Shown here: positions 25,745 through 32,000 of the stretch, piece by piece
Layout: every line of letters begins with the position of its first letter
Position numbering within the stretch: position 1 is the stretch's first letter
Position numbers and translations under genes: made by a program
Assembly (NCBI RefSeq): GCF_001564455.1
Contig: NZ_CP011391.1
Location: 1,800,001 to 1,832,000, forward strand
Source: Faecalibaculum rodentium
GTDB taxonomy: Bacteria; Bacillota_I; Bacilli_A; Erysipelotrichales; Erysipelotrichaceae
Reading direction: 5' to 3'
Length of the DNA: 32,000 bases
Notes under the pieces: generated by a model
The model's database searches: none
Seen by the model: only the letters and a program-made list of their open reading frames with translations
What the model was told of the DNA's origin: nothing

Positions 25745-27412
25745 ATGAAAAAGAAGCGGAGGATCTTTATCCTGGCCCTTCTTTCTCTTTCCGTGATCCT
25801 GATTGCAGCCGGGATCCTGGCACGTCAGGTCTATCCCACCATGTATATTGCGCCTGCCGGCAATTCCCTGTCGGTACAGGTCCCTTCAATGGAGAATGGT
25901 GAAATCCGCGAAGATACCGTCACACTGGTACGGGGTACAGCTGTAAAGCTGCGCAAGCGCGGAACCGATACATCCATGGTGGAATATGAAGGAAAAACCC
26001 TGGAGGTTCCCTCATCCAGTCTGTCTGAAACCTATGCAGGCTGTGTGCAGGTTCCTTCGGTCTTCGTGCGGACACGCACGGAACTTCGGAAAGAAAAGAA
26101 CGGTCCGCTTTGCCAGGTTGCGGCTGAAAAAGGGGAAGAGCTCAAGGTCGTGTCGGCAAGCGTTCAGGATCTGGATTCGGAAACGGGGATGGTGAACTGG
26201 TATGAAGTGGTCCGGGGGGATGAAACCTACTGGATCCCCGGGCAGTACGTGGAACCGGATGAAGAATCGGTTCATGCCTGGGATGAACCCAATGTGGCAG
26301 TATCCGACTACTGGAATGCTGCGTATGGAGAAGGCTATTCGACAGATGCCTTTGTGGCACAGGAGGACTGGAAGCCGGCCCAGAAAGTGGATTTTGCGGA
26401 CAATCCCCGGAAGGATGACGTCCGTGGTCTTCACGTGACGCTGGAACAGCTTGCGGCAAATCCCGACTACTATCTTTCGCTGAAGGACAGAACAGACCTC
26501 AATGCCCTGGTGGTGGAGCTCAAGAACGAAGGCGGGCCGGTGGAGTATGAGTCCCCCGCAGCCGCCAAGTGGCTGGACACCGGATATCAGGGACTGTCCC
26601 TGGAGCAGCTCAGGGAGCTGGTCAGGCAATTCCAGGATGCGGGATACTACATGATCGGACGAATTTCCGCCTTCAAGGATCCGGTTTTCGCCACAGCGTA
26701 TCCGGAGGAAGCCATTCAGACCACAGACGGGCAGCTGCTGGAAATTGCACAGAGCACCTGGGCAAGTCCCTATTCCCGGAAGGCCTGGGAATACAACGCC
26801 GATCTGTGTGAAGAAGCCGCCGGACTCTTCAATGAAGTGCAGCTGGACTACACCCGGTTCCCGGAAGGGCTTGCGACGATGCAGGGAGAAGTGGAGCTGC
26901 ACAACACGTATGATGAAAGCAAGGCCTCGGCCATTCAGCACTTCACGCAATATGTCCGGGACCGTGTTCATGAACATGACGCCTATCTCTCTGTGGATGT
27001 CTTTGCGCAGGTGCTGACGGCCATGGATGACCAGGACCTGGGGCAGTATGTGCCTGGGCTGTGCATCGCGGCAGACTATGTCTCACCAATGCCCTACCCG
27101 GATCACTTTGTGAACGGGTCCCTGGGTGTGGAGAATCCTGCCATGGAGCAGGGAGAAATGCTGAAGCGCTACTCACAGATCGCCCAGTCAGTGTATGCGG
27201 ATGACGACCAGTACCGGCCATGGCTGCAGGGGTATTCCAATACCGCGCAGGATGTGCAGGACCAGATACGGGCAGTGGAAGAAACCGGATTCAAGTCATG
27301 GCTCATCTGGTGCAGCAATGGCGATACAGAGATCGTGGAGCCGCGTGTCAAGGGCATGAAAACCGTGACCGGGAAGCAGCCGGAAGACAAAACGGCTGAC
27401 AAAACAGAATAA
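25745..27412 (+). CDS. Membrane-anchored putative glycoside hydrolase (DUF4015 / GHL-type TIM barrel) with N-terminal SH3-like repeats
   Basis: Signal anchor (IFILALLSLSVILIAAGIL). LNALVVELKNEGG...YMIGRISAFKDP...WASPY...VQLDYTRFP matches the DUF4015 pattern as I recall it. Confidence 0.7.
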   Translation: MKKKRRIFILALLSLSVILIAAGILARQVYPTMYIAPAGNSLSVQVPSMENGEIREDTVTLVRGTAVKLRKRGTDTSMVEYEGKTLEVPSSSLSETYAGCVQVPSVFVRTRTELRKEKNGPLCQVAAEKGEELKVVSASVQDLDSETGMVNWYEVVRGDETYWIPGQYVEPDEESVHAWDEPNVAVSDYWNAAYGEGYSTDAFVAQEDWKPAQKVDFADNPRKDDVRGLHVTLEQLAANPDYYLSLKDRTDLNALVVELKNEGGPVEYESPAAAKWLDTGYQGLSLEQLRELVRQFQDAGYYMIGRISAFKDPVFATAYPEEAIQTTDGQLLEIAQSTWASPYSRKAWEYNADLCEEAAGLFNEVQLDYTRFPEGLATMQGEVELHNTYDESKASAIQHFTQYVRDRVHEHDAYLSVDVFAQVLTAMDDQDLGQYVPGLCIAADYVSPMPYPDHFVNGSLGVENPAMEQGEMLKRYSQIAQSVYADDDQYRPWLQGYSNTAQDVQDQIRAVEETGFKSWLIWCSNGDTEIVEPRVKGMKTVTGKQPEDKTADKTE

Positions 27413-27417
27413 AACCG

Positions 27418-27466
27418 AAAACCGCAGATGCCGGTTTCCTGCAGAGGAAGCCTCACCTGCGGTTTT
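27418..27466. terminator. Bidirectional terminator between the DUF4015 gene and the DUF3800 gene
   Basis: AAAACCGCAG ... CTGCGGTTTT, with T-runs on both strands. Confidence 0.7.
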
Positions 27467-27502
27467 GTCGTGGTCTACTTTCGATGGATCAGACTGGACC
27501 GT

Positions 27503-28195
27503 TCATGGCAGATACGTAAGGTGCAGGCTTTGGATAGGAGGAACAGTCCCTCTGCCGACCGTTACTTCGTAATGAATCCGGTTTGCAACGATGTCAGCTG
27601 CCCGAATCAGTGCTTGTGATTCAGAATTGCAGAATGAGAGTTGCAGAGACTTCATTTCCGGAAACAGCGGAGGAAAATACCTCTGCCAGTCTGAATTGAA
27701 TGTCCCATATTTAAACTCCTGAAGGAGTCCTTCAGATAATTCATACTTGCCATCTGTTGCTGTCGAATGTTCGTCAAAGAATACATACATATTTTCTATC
27801 TCATGTGGAGTTATCTTGCCCTCTTTGATCATCTTTTCCAGCAAACGTTTCAACCCGATTTTGAATGCATAATCCAAATACCTCTGTTTCGTCTTCTTAT
27901 GCGTGAAAAGCTCATCATGGCAACGATTCAGTTGTATGATGCACCCAAACTTAATGCAGTGATTCAAAGAACTGAATATTGTTCTCTTTGACTGCCGACT
28001 CATGTTCGATCCTTTTAGTTCCTGATTCACATCAATATTTTCTCTTCTACGAATCTTTCTTTCCAGTGAAATGTACTTCCGGTTTTGGCTATCTCGTTCG
28101 CTTTTTGACAAAAACAGTACTCCACCAAACGCATACCACGAGTGGTGCTGTTTATCGAATACTCCGGATTCATCGGCATAAACAAACAGATTCAT
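27503..28195 (-). CDS. DUF3800 family protein
   Basis: N-terminal FVYADESG motif and C-terminal SQALIRAADIVAN (Q-x-AD) motif, 230 aa. AT-rich codons. SD AAAGGAG 5 nt before the ATG. Confidence 0.8.
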   Translation of the reverse strand: MNLFVYADESGVFDKQHHSWYAFGGVLFLSKSERDSQNRKYISLERKIRRRENIDVNQELKGSNMSRQSKRTIFSSLNHCIKFGCIIQLNRCHDELFTHKKTKQRYLDYAFKIGLKRLLEKMIKEGKITPHEIENMYVFFDEHSTATDGKYELSEGLLQEFKYGTFNSDWQRYFPPLFPEMKSLQLSFCNSESQALIRAADIVANRIHYEVTVGRGTVPPIQSLHLTYLP

Positions 28196-28210
28196 AATTC
28201 TCCTTTATTA

Positions 28211-28218
28211 AAAAAAGC
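28211..28218. repeat. Left copy of the 8-bp target-site duplication AAAAAAAG of the IS1595 element
   Basis: Identical octamer at 31248-31255, on the far side of the IS plus intron. Confidence 0.75.
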
Positions 28219-29336
28219 TTGATAGGCTACGAAGCTCAGTAAAGCTAAGCTGCAACCAGTTGTTTCTGGACGTCTTTAAAGTAGTCGATCATACCCTGCC
28301 GGGTCTGGTGAGCACCGCTGATTAGAGTTCTTCCCAGTGATGCAAAGATACTCTTTTTCTTCCATTTCCGGCGACTCAGTTTCCACTCGAAGTCTGCTAA
28401 TTCGTTCTCCAGAAACTGCAGTGCGATCCCATGTGCAGTCCCCTGTACCTTGCTTCTGAAGTTGGAAATGATGTGATCCAGAGAGGACAGATGATCTGTA
28501 TCCACTTCGAACTTTTGGGCATCCACCAGTTTGCCAGCTATATCCAGAGCCAGGTTGGACGAACTCCGGTCACAATGCACTACACAGTCACTGGGGACTT
28601 CTTCTTCCAGAAACTTCTTCAGTTCTGCCTTATTCTCGCTGTGAACGATTCTGAATTTGACAGCATCTGTGGCTTCGAATACTTCCTCATCACCATCCAT
28701 GTCGTCCCAGACATAGTGTTTGATCACAGCTGCAGCCACATTGACTTTACCTTCTGCTCCCCATCCACGCTTCCCATGCTTCTTTCCGCCATAGGAAAAG
28801 ACATCCAGTTCGATCGCATCGCAATCAACGGCTATGTGAGTTTCGTTGTCCTGCTTCTGAGCCTGTTTGATCTTGCGAAGCATGAGTTTTGTGGTGTGGT
28901 AGCTGACACCTGTCAGATCACTGATGTATTTGGCAGAAGTTCCCGTCTTGGAGATAACATAGGCGAACATCACGAGGATCCAGGAAAACAGAGGAGCCTT
29001 GGTGCTTTCCAGCGCTGTCCCGGCGGTGACAGATTCCTGATGACCACAGTGAGCGCACTGATAGACAGTTCTGAGAGAGCCGTTTTTTCGTACAACAGTC
29101 GTGTAGTGGGTATGACCGCACTTTGAGCACACAAAACCATCCTTCCACTTCAGATCAAAGAAGAAGCGTTCTGCGTCATGGGGGTCTGAATACTGGGTAT
29201 GGATATCAGCAAAAGTCAGGTCTTTGAACAGCGATTTCTTGAACATAGGGTGCCTCTCTTCCTGATTCAAGTATCGCATTATTACTGGCGCTATTTATGT
29301 GTGATAAGCCATTAACTGAGCTTGGTAGTCTATCAA
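28219..29336 (-). mobile_element. IS1595-family insertion sequence (its last nucleotide is displaced to 31247 by the intron)
   Basis: Inverted repeats CTTGATAGGCTACGAAGCTCAGT (28219-28241) and ACTGAGCTTGGTAGTCTATCAA (29315-29336), plus G at 31247. Single transposase ORF. Confidence 0.85.
28245..29246 (-). CDS. IS1595 family (ISXO2-like) DDE transposase with N-terminal zinc ribbon
   Basis: FVCSKCGH...YQCAHCGH zinc ribbon. IELDVFSYGGKKHGKRGWGAEGK and VHCDRSSS DDE-region motifs. ATG 29246 is preceded by GGAAGAGAGG. The track start is 29279. Confidence 0.88.
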   Translation of the reverse strand: MFKKSLFKDLTFADIHTQYSDPHDAERFFFDLKWKDGFVCSKCGHTHYTTVVRKNGSLRTVYQCAHCGHQESVTAGTALESTKAPLFSWILVMFAYVISKTGTSAKYISDLTGVSYHTTKLMLRKIKQAQKQDNETHIAVDCDAIELDVFSYGGKKHGKRGWGAEGKVNVAAAVIKHYVWDDMDGDEEVFEATDAVKFRIVHSENKAELKKFLEEEVPSDCVVHCDRSSSNLALDIAGKLVDAQKFEVDTDHLSSLDHIISNFRSKVQGTAHGIALQFLENELADFEWKLSRRKWKKKSIFASLGRTLISGAHQTRQGMIDYFKDVQKQLVAA

Positions 29337-29339
29337 ATC

Positions 29340-29399
29340 GAGTAGGTGTCATCTGACCCTCTCACACCACCCAGCATGCCGTTCGGCACTGGGCGGTTC
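29340..29399 (-). ncRNA. Intron domains V and VI
   Basis: DV (29399-29366) reads GAACCGCCCAGTGCC-GAAC-GGCA-TG-CTGGGTGGT: a 9-bp lower helix with G-U, a 2-nt bulge, and a 4-bp upper helix. DVI (29363-29340) reads GAGAGGGTC-AGAT-GACACCTACTC with a bulged A 7 nt from the 3' end. Confidence 0.75.
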
Positions 29400-30711
29400 G
29401 TACAAATGTTTTCATGAACCTTTCTGCCACCGTATCGAAGTATTCCTCCATGGATAGAAGGCCTTTCTTCTTCAGGTGTATATTTCTGATATACTTGTTC
29501 AGGAATGTAGTTGCGCACCTGACATATCCCTGCCGAGCACACGCATATGAGTGAGCCTTGTCTCTGGGACATCCCAGCCTGACAAGGCTCTCTTCTTTTT
29601 TCCTGATGCTTTTCCACTGCTTCCAGATGATGGCCCTGATTCTTCTCCGGAGCTTGCTGTCCAGTTTGCGCACCGTTTCTTTATACAGCCATGCACACCT
29701 GAAATAATTGCTCCATCCCCTGATGACCTGATTGATTTTTTCAATCCTCTCCTCAAGAGATACGCTCCAGTTCCGTTTTGTCAGCTTCATTATCTTCTGC
29801 TCGAACTCATGAATGGACTTCTCATGCGGTATCGCCTTCCATTCCCTTTTGTTCCTTTTGAAGCCAAACCCCAGATATTTCACTTCATCCGGTCTGGCCA
29901 CTTTCGATTTTGAAGCATTCACTTCCAGCTTCAGCTTCTTTTCAAGATAGTTGCTGAATGACTTCATCACTCTGTTGGCGGCGGCTTCCGATTTCACATA
30001 GATGAGCATATCGTCTGCGTATCTCGTGAATCTCAGCCCTCTGCTTTCCAGTTCCTTGTCTGCCTGGTCCAGATAGATGTTGGCCAGTACCGGCGAAAGC
30101 GGCCCTCCCTGCGGGATGCCTCTTTCTGTCCTGACAAGCCTTCCGTCTATCATGACTCCCGCTCTGACGAACTTCCTTGTCAGCGACGTGACGTCCCTGT
30201 TATGGAACAGGTTGTCTATCAGGCGGATCAGTCTGTCCTGGTCTACCGTATCGAAGAATTTCCTCAGGTCGATGTCGACGATCCAGTCATACCCGTCGTT
30301 CATGAACTCGAGGCCTTTCAGTATCGCCTGTTCACATCTCCTGTTCTTCCTGAACCCGTATGAGCTGTTGCTCATCTCGAGGTCCTTCCTGTAATCCAGA
30401 TAGCTTGCCAGACAGGCCTGCACGACTCTGTCTCTGGCTGCCGGGACATTCAGTCCCCGCATGCTCCCATCCGGTTTCGGGATATCGGTCCTTTTGGCTG
30501 GCAGTGGTTTATAGCTGCGGTCCAGTATCTGTTCCCGCAACTGTTCCCAGTACTCTCCGGGGCACACAGGGAGTTCTCTGGCTTTGACCCCATCTACTCC
30601 CGCCGCTCCGTTGTTTCGTCGTACCTGTCTGCACGCATTGGTCAGGTTCTCCATGGAGAAGATTTCCTGAGTGCTCAGGTCTTCCGGCTGTATCAGTCTG
30701 GTCTGGTTCAT
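29362..30711 (-). CDS. Group II intron reverse transcriptase/maturase (no endonuclease domain)
   Basis: RT motifs (GAAGVDG, IPKPDGSMRGLNVP, IPQGGPLSPVLANIYL, YADDMLIY) and maturase X motif (RGWSNYF). No HNH at the C-terminus. Confidence 0.93.
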   Translation of the reverse strand: MNQTRLIQPEDLSTQEIFSMENLTNACRQVRRNNGAAGVDGVKARELPVCPGEYWEQLREQILDRSYKPLPAKRTDIPKPDGSMRGLNVPAARDRVVQACLASYLDYRKDLEMSNSSYGFRKNRRCEQAILKGLEFMNDGYDWIVDIDLRKFFDTVDQDRLIRLIDNLFHNRDVTSLTRKFVRAGVMIDGRLVRTERGIPQGGPLSPVLANIYLDQADKELESRGLRFTRYADDMLIYVKSEAAANRVMKSFSNYLEKKLKLEVNASKSKVARPDEVKYLGFGFKRNKREWKAIPHEKSIHEFEQKIMKLTKRNWSVSLEERIEKINQVIRGWSNYFRCAWLYKETVRKLDSKLRRRIRAIIWKQWKSIRKKEESLVRLGCPRDKAHSYACARQGYVRCATTFLNKYIRNIHLKKKGLLSMEEYFDTVAERFMKTFVRTAQCRTACWVV

Positions 30712-31247
30712 GGCTGCTCCTTTCTTTCACGTGTTCCTGCACTGCCCTTCCTTACTCATCTTCAGGGGCTCTCTGGGTTTGTCCTTTGTCGGTTTGTTGT
30801 GCAGGACGCATTCCTGATATTTGCAGTAAATTGTACGTTCGGCCCTTCACTCCATCCCCATTACAGGGACTTCTTCGCTACTATGGCCTCGGCTGACTTC
30901 CTGCCATTCGTTGTTACTGCGGGAAGGGGGTCATCATGGTTTGATGATTCCTCTCGCTGGCAGGACCTCCCCGGGTAAGCTCATACATCCTTCATTCCAT
31001 ATACCTGCCGCATTTACCCCAGACAGTCATCCGCAACTATTACGACTTTGCGCTGTTTCGCACGCTCGTCTCCGTCTGTGGCCTTATATGCGGTTCGTGT
31101 TCCTCAGGCCGGAACTTTGCCGCCGGGCTTCTTTCAGAACTCCTGTTACCAGTGAGCCCCTTGCCTTGAGCTAATGGTTAGCGGTTGCGATGATACGCTC
31201 CCATAGTGGACTTTCACCACCTGGATGTATGCCATGCCGGGCACACG

Positions 31248-31255
31248 AAAAAAAG
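31248..31255. repeat. Right copy of the 8-bp target-site duplication AAAAAAAG
   Basis: Identical to 28211-28218. On the minus strand it is the C of the terminator stem plus the T7 run. Confidence 0.75.
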
Positions 31256-31273
31256 ACACCCAAATGGGTGTCT
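31248..31273 (-). terminator. Rho-independent terminator used as the insertion target by both IS1595 and the intron
   Basis: Minus strand reads GACACCC-ATTT-GGGTGTC followed by TTTTTTT, then directly the intron 5' GTGTG. Confidence 0.85.
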
Positions 31274-31489
31274 CCCCCGCGGTCGACGAATTTACAAGAC
31301 GCTTAAGCATAATGCTCGATACCGCGGGTAGTCAGTGTATTGCTACCTGCATATTTATTTAATCATATGGATCTCTCCAAAACAACAAACATCCTTCTCC
31401 GGGTTACAATCTCCGTTTTCTGATTCTCAAGAGTCCTGCTGCCTGCATACTCATTAAACCATGCATTTTTTTAAAAATAACAGCCATTC

Positions 31490-31634
31490 TCCTGCACACT
31501 CCACCATCACCTCAAACATTGGTGGTGACGCCCGTACTCCACTCTCCATCATCCGCACAATCCTGCACAGTCCCCAATCCCCCAAACATTGGTGGTGACG
31601 TCCGTATTCACGGCCGGCACCACCAATGTTTGTG
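31490..31634. repeat. Imperfect ~70-nt tandem duplication plus an inverted third copy of the core CAAACATTGGTGGTG
   Basis: TCCTGCACA...CAAACATTGGTGGTGACG.CCGTA occurs at 31490-31536 and 31561-31606. The inverted core at 31620-31634 forms a 15-bp perfect stem with 31584-31598. Confidence 0.65.
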
Positions 31635-31648
31635 CTATCCTTTGTAGT

Positions 31649-32000
31649 ATGGATGACAGAAAAATATACCGGAAAGCCCGCAACCACGTTGTGTGGCACC
31701 TCATCTTTTACTTCCTGCTGGTCTGCGTATTCGTCATCGGCACGGACCTGGTCCTGAACCTCGACTTCCTGAAGTTTGCGGAAACCGGTCAGCACCAGAC
31801 TTTTATCCTGGTCTCTCTGATCGAAATCTTCCTCTGGCTGCTCCTGTTTCTGGGGCTATCCACCGGCCAGAAATGGGTGCGGTGGCTGTACTGGGTGATG
31901 TATCTCCTGGAAGTGGCTTCCTTCTGGATCCCGGTGCGGGCCATGATGAATGACTGGACTCACATCTTTGTGTACCTCACCTGGATGTTCTGCCTGTTCA
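31649..32000 (+). CDS. Hypothetical polytopic membrane protein, 3'-truncated by the window end (not in the ORF track)
   Basis: My own translation from ATG 31649 gives MDDRKIYRKARNHVVWHLIFYFLLVCVFVIG...LIEIFLWLLLFLGL...WVMYLLEVASFWIP...IFVYLTWMFCLF. No stop, G+C-rich third positions, at least 4 hydrophobic helices. There is no clear SD, so the start is uncertain. Confidence 0.6.
   Translation, partial: MDDRKIYRKARNHVVWHLIFYFLLVCVFVIGTDLVLNLDFLKFAETGQHQTFILVSLIEIFLWLLLFLGLSTGQKWVRWLYWVMYLLEVASFWIPVRAMMNDWTHIFVYLTWMFCLF

Larger units (their letters stand above)
29337..31246 (-). mobile_element. Group II intron (bacterial class C-like), 1910 nt, inserted just after an intrinsic terminator
   Basis: The 5' end is GTGTG at 31246. 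Also has an intron-encoded RT/maturase, a 34-nt domain V, domain VI with a bulged A, and a 3' end ...GAT at 29337. Confidence 0.9.

Noticed and set aside
29362-30711. The RT as part of a retron, DGR or Abi-type defence reverse transcriptase.
   Set aside because: A maturase X motif, flanking GTGTG 5' end and canonical domains V and VI show it is a group II intron IEP. No template/variable repeat pair and no msr/msd-like inverted repeats were seen.
29333-31174. Small ORFs inside the intron: 29333..29617 (-), 29499..29756 (-), 29551..29913 (+), 30077..30394 (+), 30360..30587 (+), 30509..30742 (-), 30911..31174 (+).
   Set aside because: They overlap the RT ORF in other frames or lie antisense to intron domain I RNA. 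None shows protein-like composition or an SD.
31256-31634. Type III toxin-antitoxin (ToxIN-like) reading: RNA repeats, then a terminator, then the toxin gene (DUF3800).
   Set aside because: The layout is suggestive, but known type III antitoxins are several short (about 34-37 nt) tandem repeats directly abutting the terminator. Here the only tandem repeat has a 71-nt period, two copies, and lies more than 200 nt upstream of the terminator on the far side of the putative promoter. It is kept only as a remote hypothesis inside the DUF3800 finding.
31454-31795. 113-aa minus-strand ORF spanning the repeat region.
   Set aside because: It is antisense to the better-supported membrane-protein frame and runs through the non-coding repeats. 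Its translation is not protein-like.
1-32000. CRISPR arrays, tRNA/rRNA genes, prophage or integrase-bounded island, att-type direct repeats around the 27.5-31.5 kb AT-rich patch.
   Set aside because: I saw no regularly spaced short repeats, no cloverleaf-like or rRNA-like sequence, no integrase or recombinase, and no flanking direct repeats other than the two IS target duplications.

Overview
This is a high-G+C Gram-positive (Bacillota/Clostridia-like, judged from gene content and strong AGGAGG-type ribosome-binding sites) chromosomal segment. Nearly all real genes are on the minus strand. Many long plus-strand ORFs in the track are antisense artefacts of the high G+C.

Core content, left to right:
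- an acidic hypothetical protein that looks split by a frameshift
- an ABC-F ATPase
- a membrane-anchored amidase_3-like protein
- a TetR / MMPL transporter / secreted heptad-repeat protein module
- two lipoproteins
- asnS and rex
- a long overlapping operon: rapZ-yvcK-whiA-lipoprotein-ZIP transporter-NusG-domain-II protein-Gx transporter-membrane protein
- ktrB/ktrA-type K+ uptake genes
- a HAD-like protein
- a DUF4015-type putative glycoside hydrolase

Two visibly AT-richer accessory patches interrupt this core.
- Patch 1 (about 11.84-14.96 kb) holds a small secreted protein gene. A complete IS66-family element (tnpB+tnpC, 22-bp inverted repeats starting GTAAGCG, perfect 8-bp target duplication GCAATAAA) is inserted just upstream of it.
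- Patch 2 (about 27.47-31.48 kb) holds a DUF3800-family gene. It originally sat directly behind an intrinsic terminator that ends a roughly 200-nt non-coding transcription unit.
- An IS1595-family element inserted into that terminator's T-run (8-bp duplication AAAAAAAG). A terminator-targeting class-C-like group II intron (1910 nt, with RT/maturase, recognisable domains V and VI) then inserted 1 nt inside the IS end.
- I consider the leader-terminator-DUF3800 unit, now disrupted, the best candidate for an undescribed system. This is inference only.

No rRNA, tRNA or CRISPR array was seen. No database searches were possible. Family calls rest on motifs I recognise by eye, and start codons are approximate.
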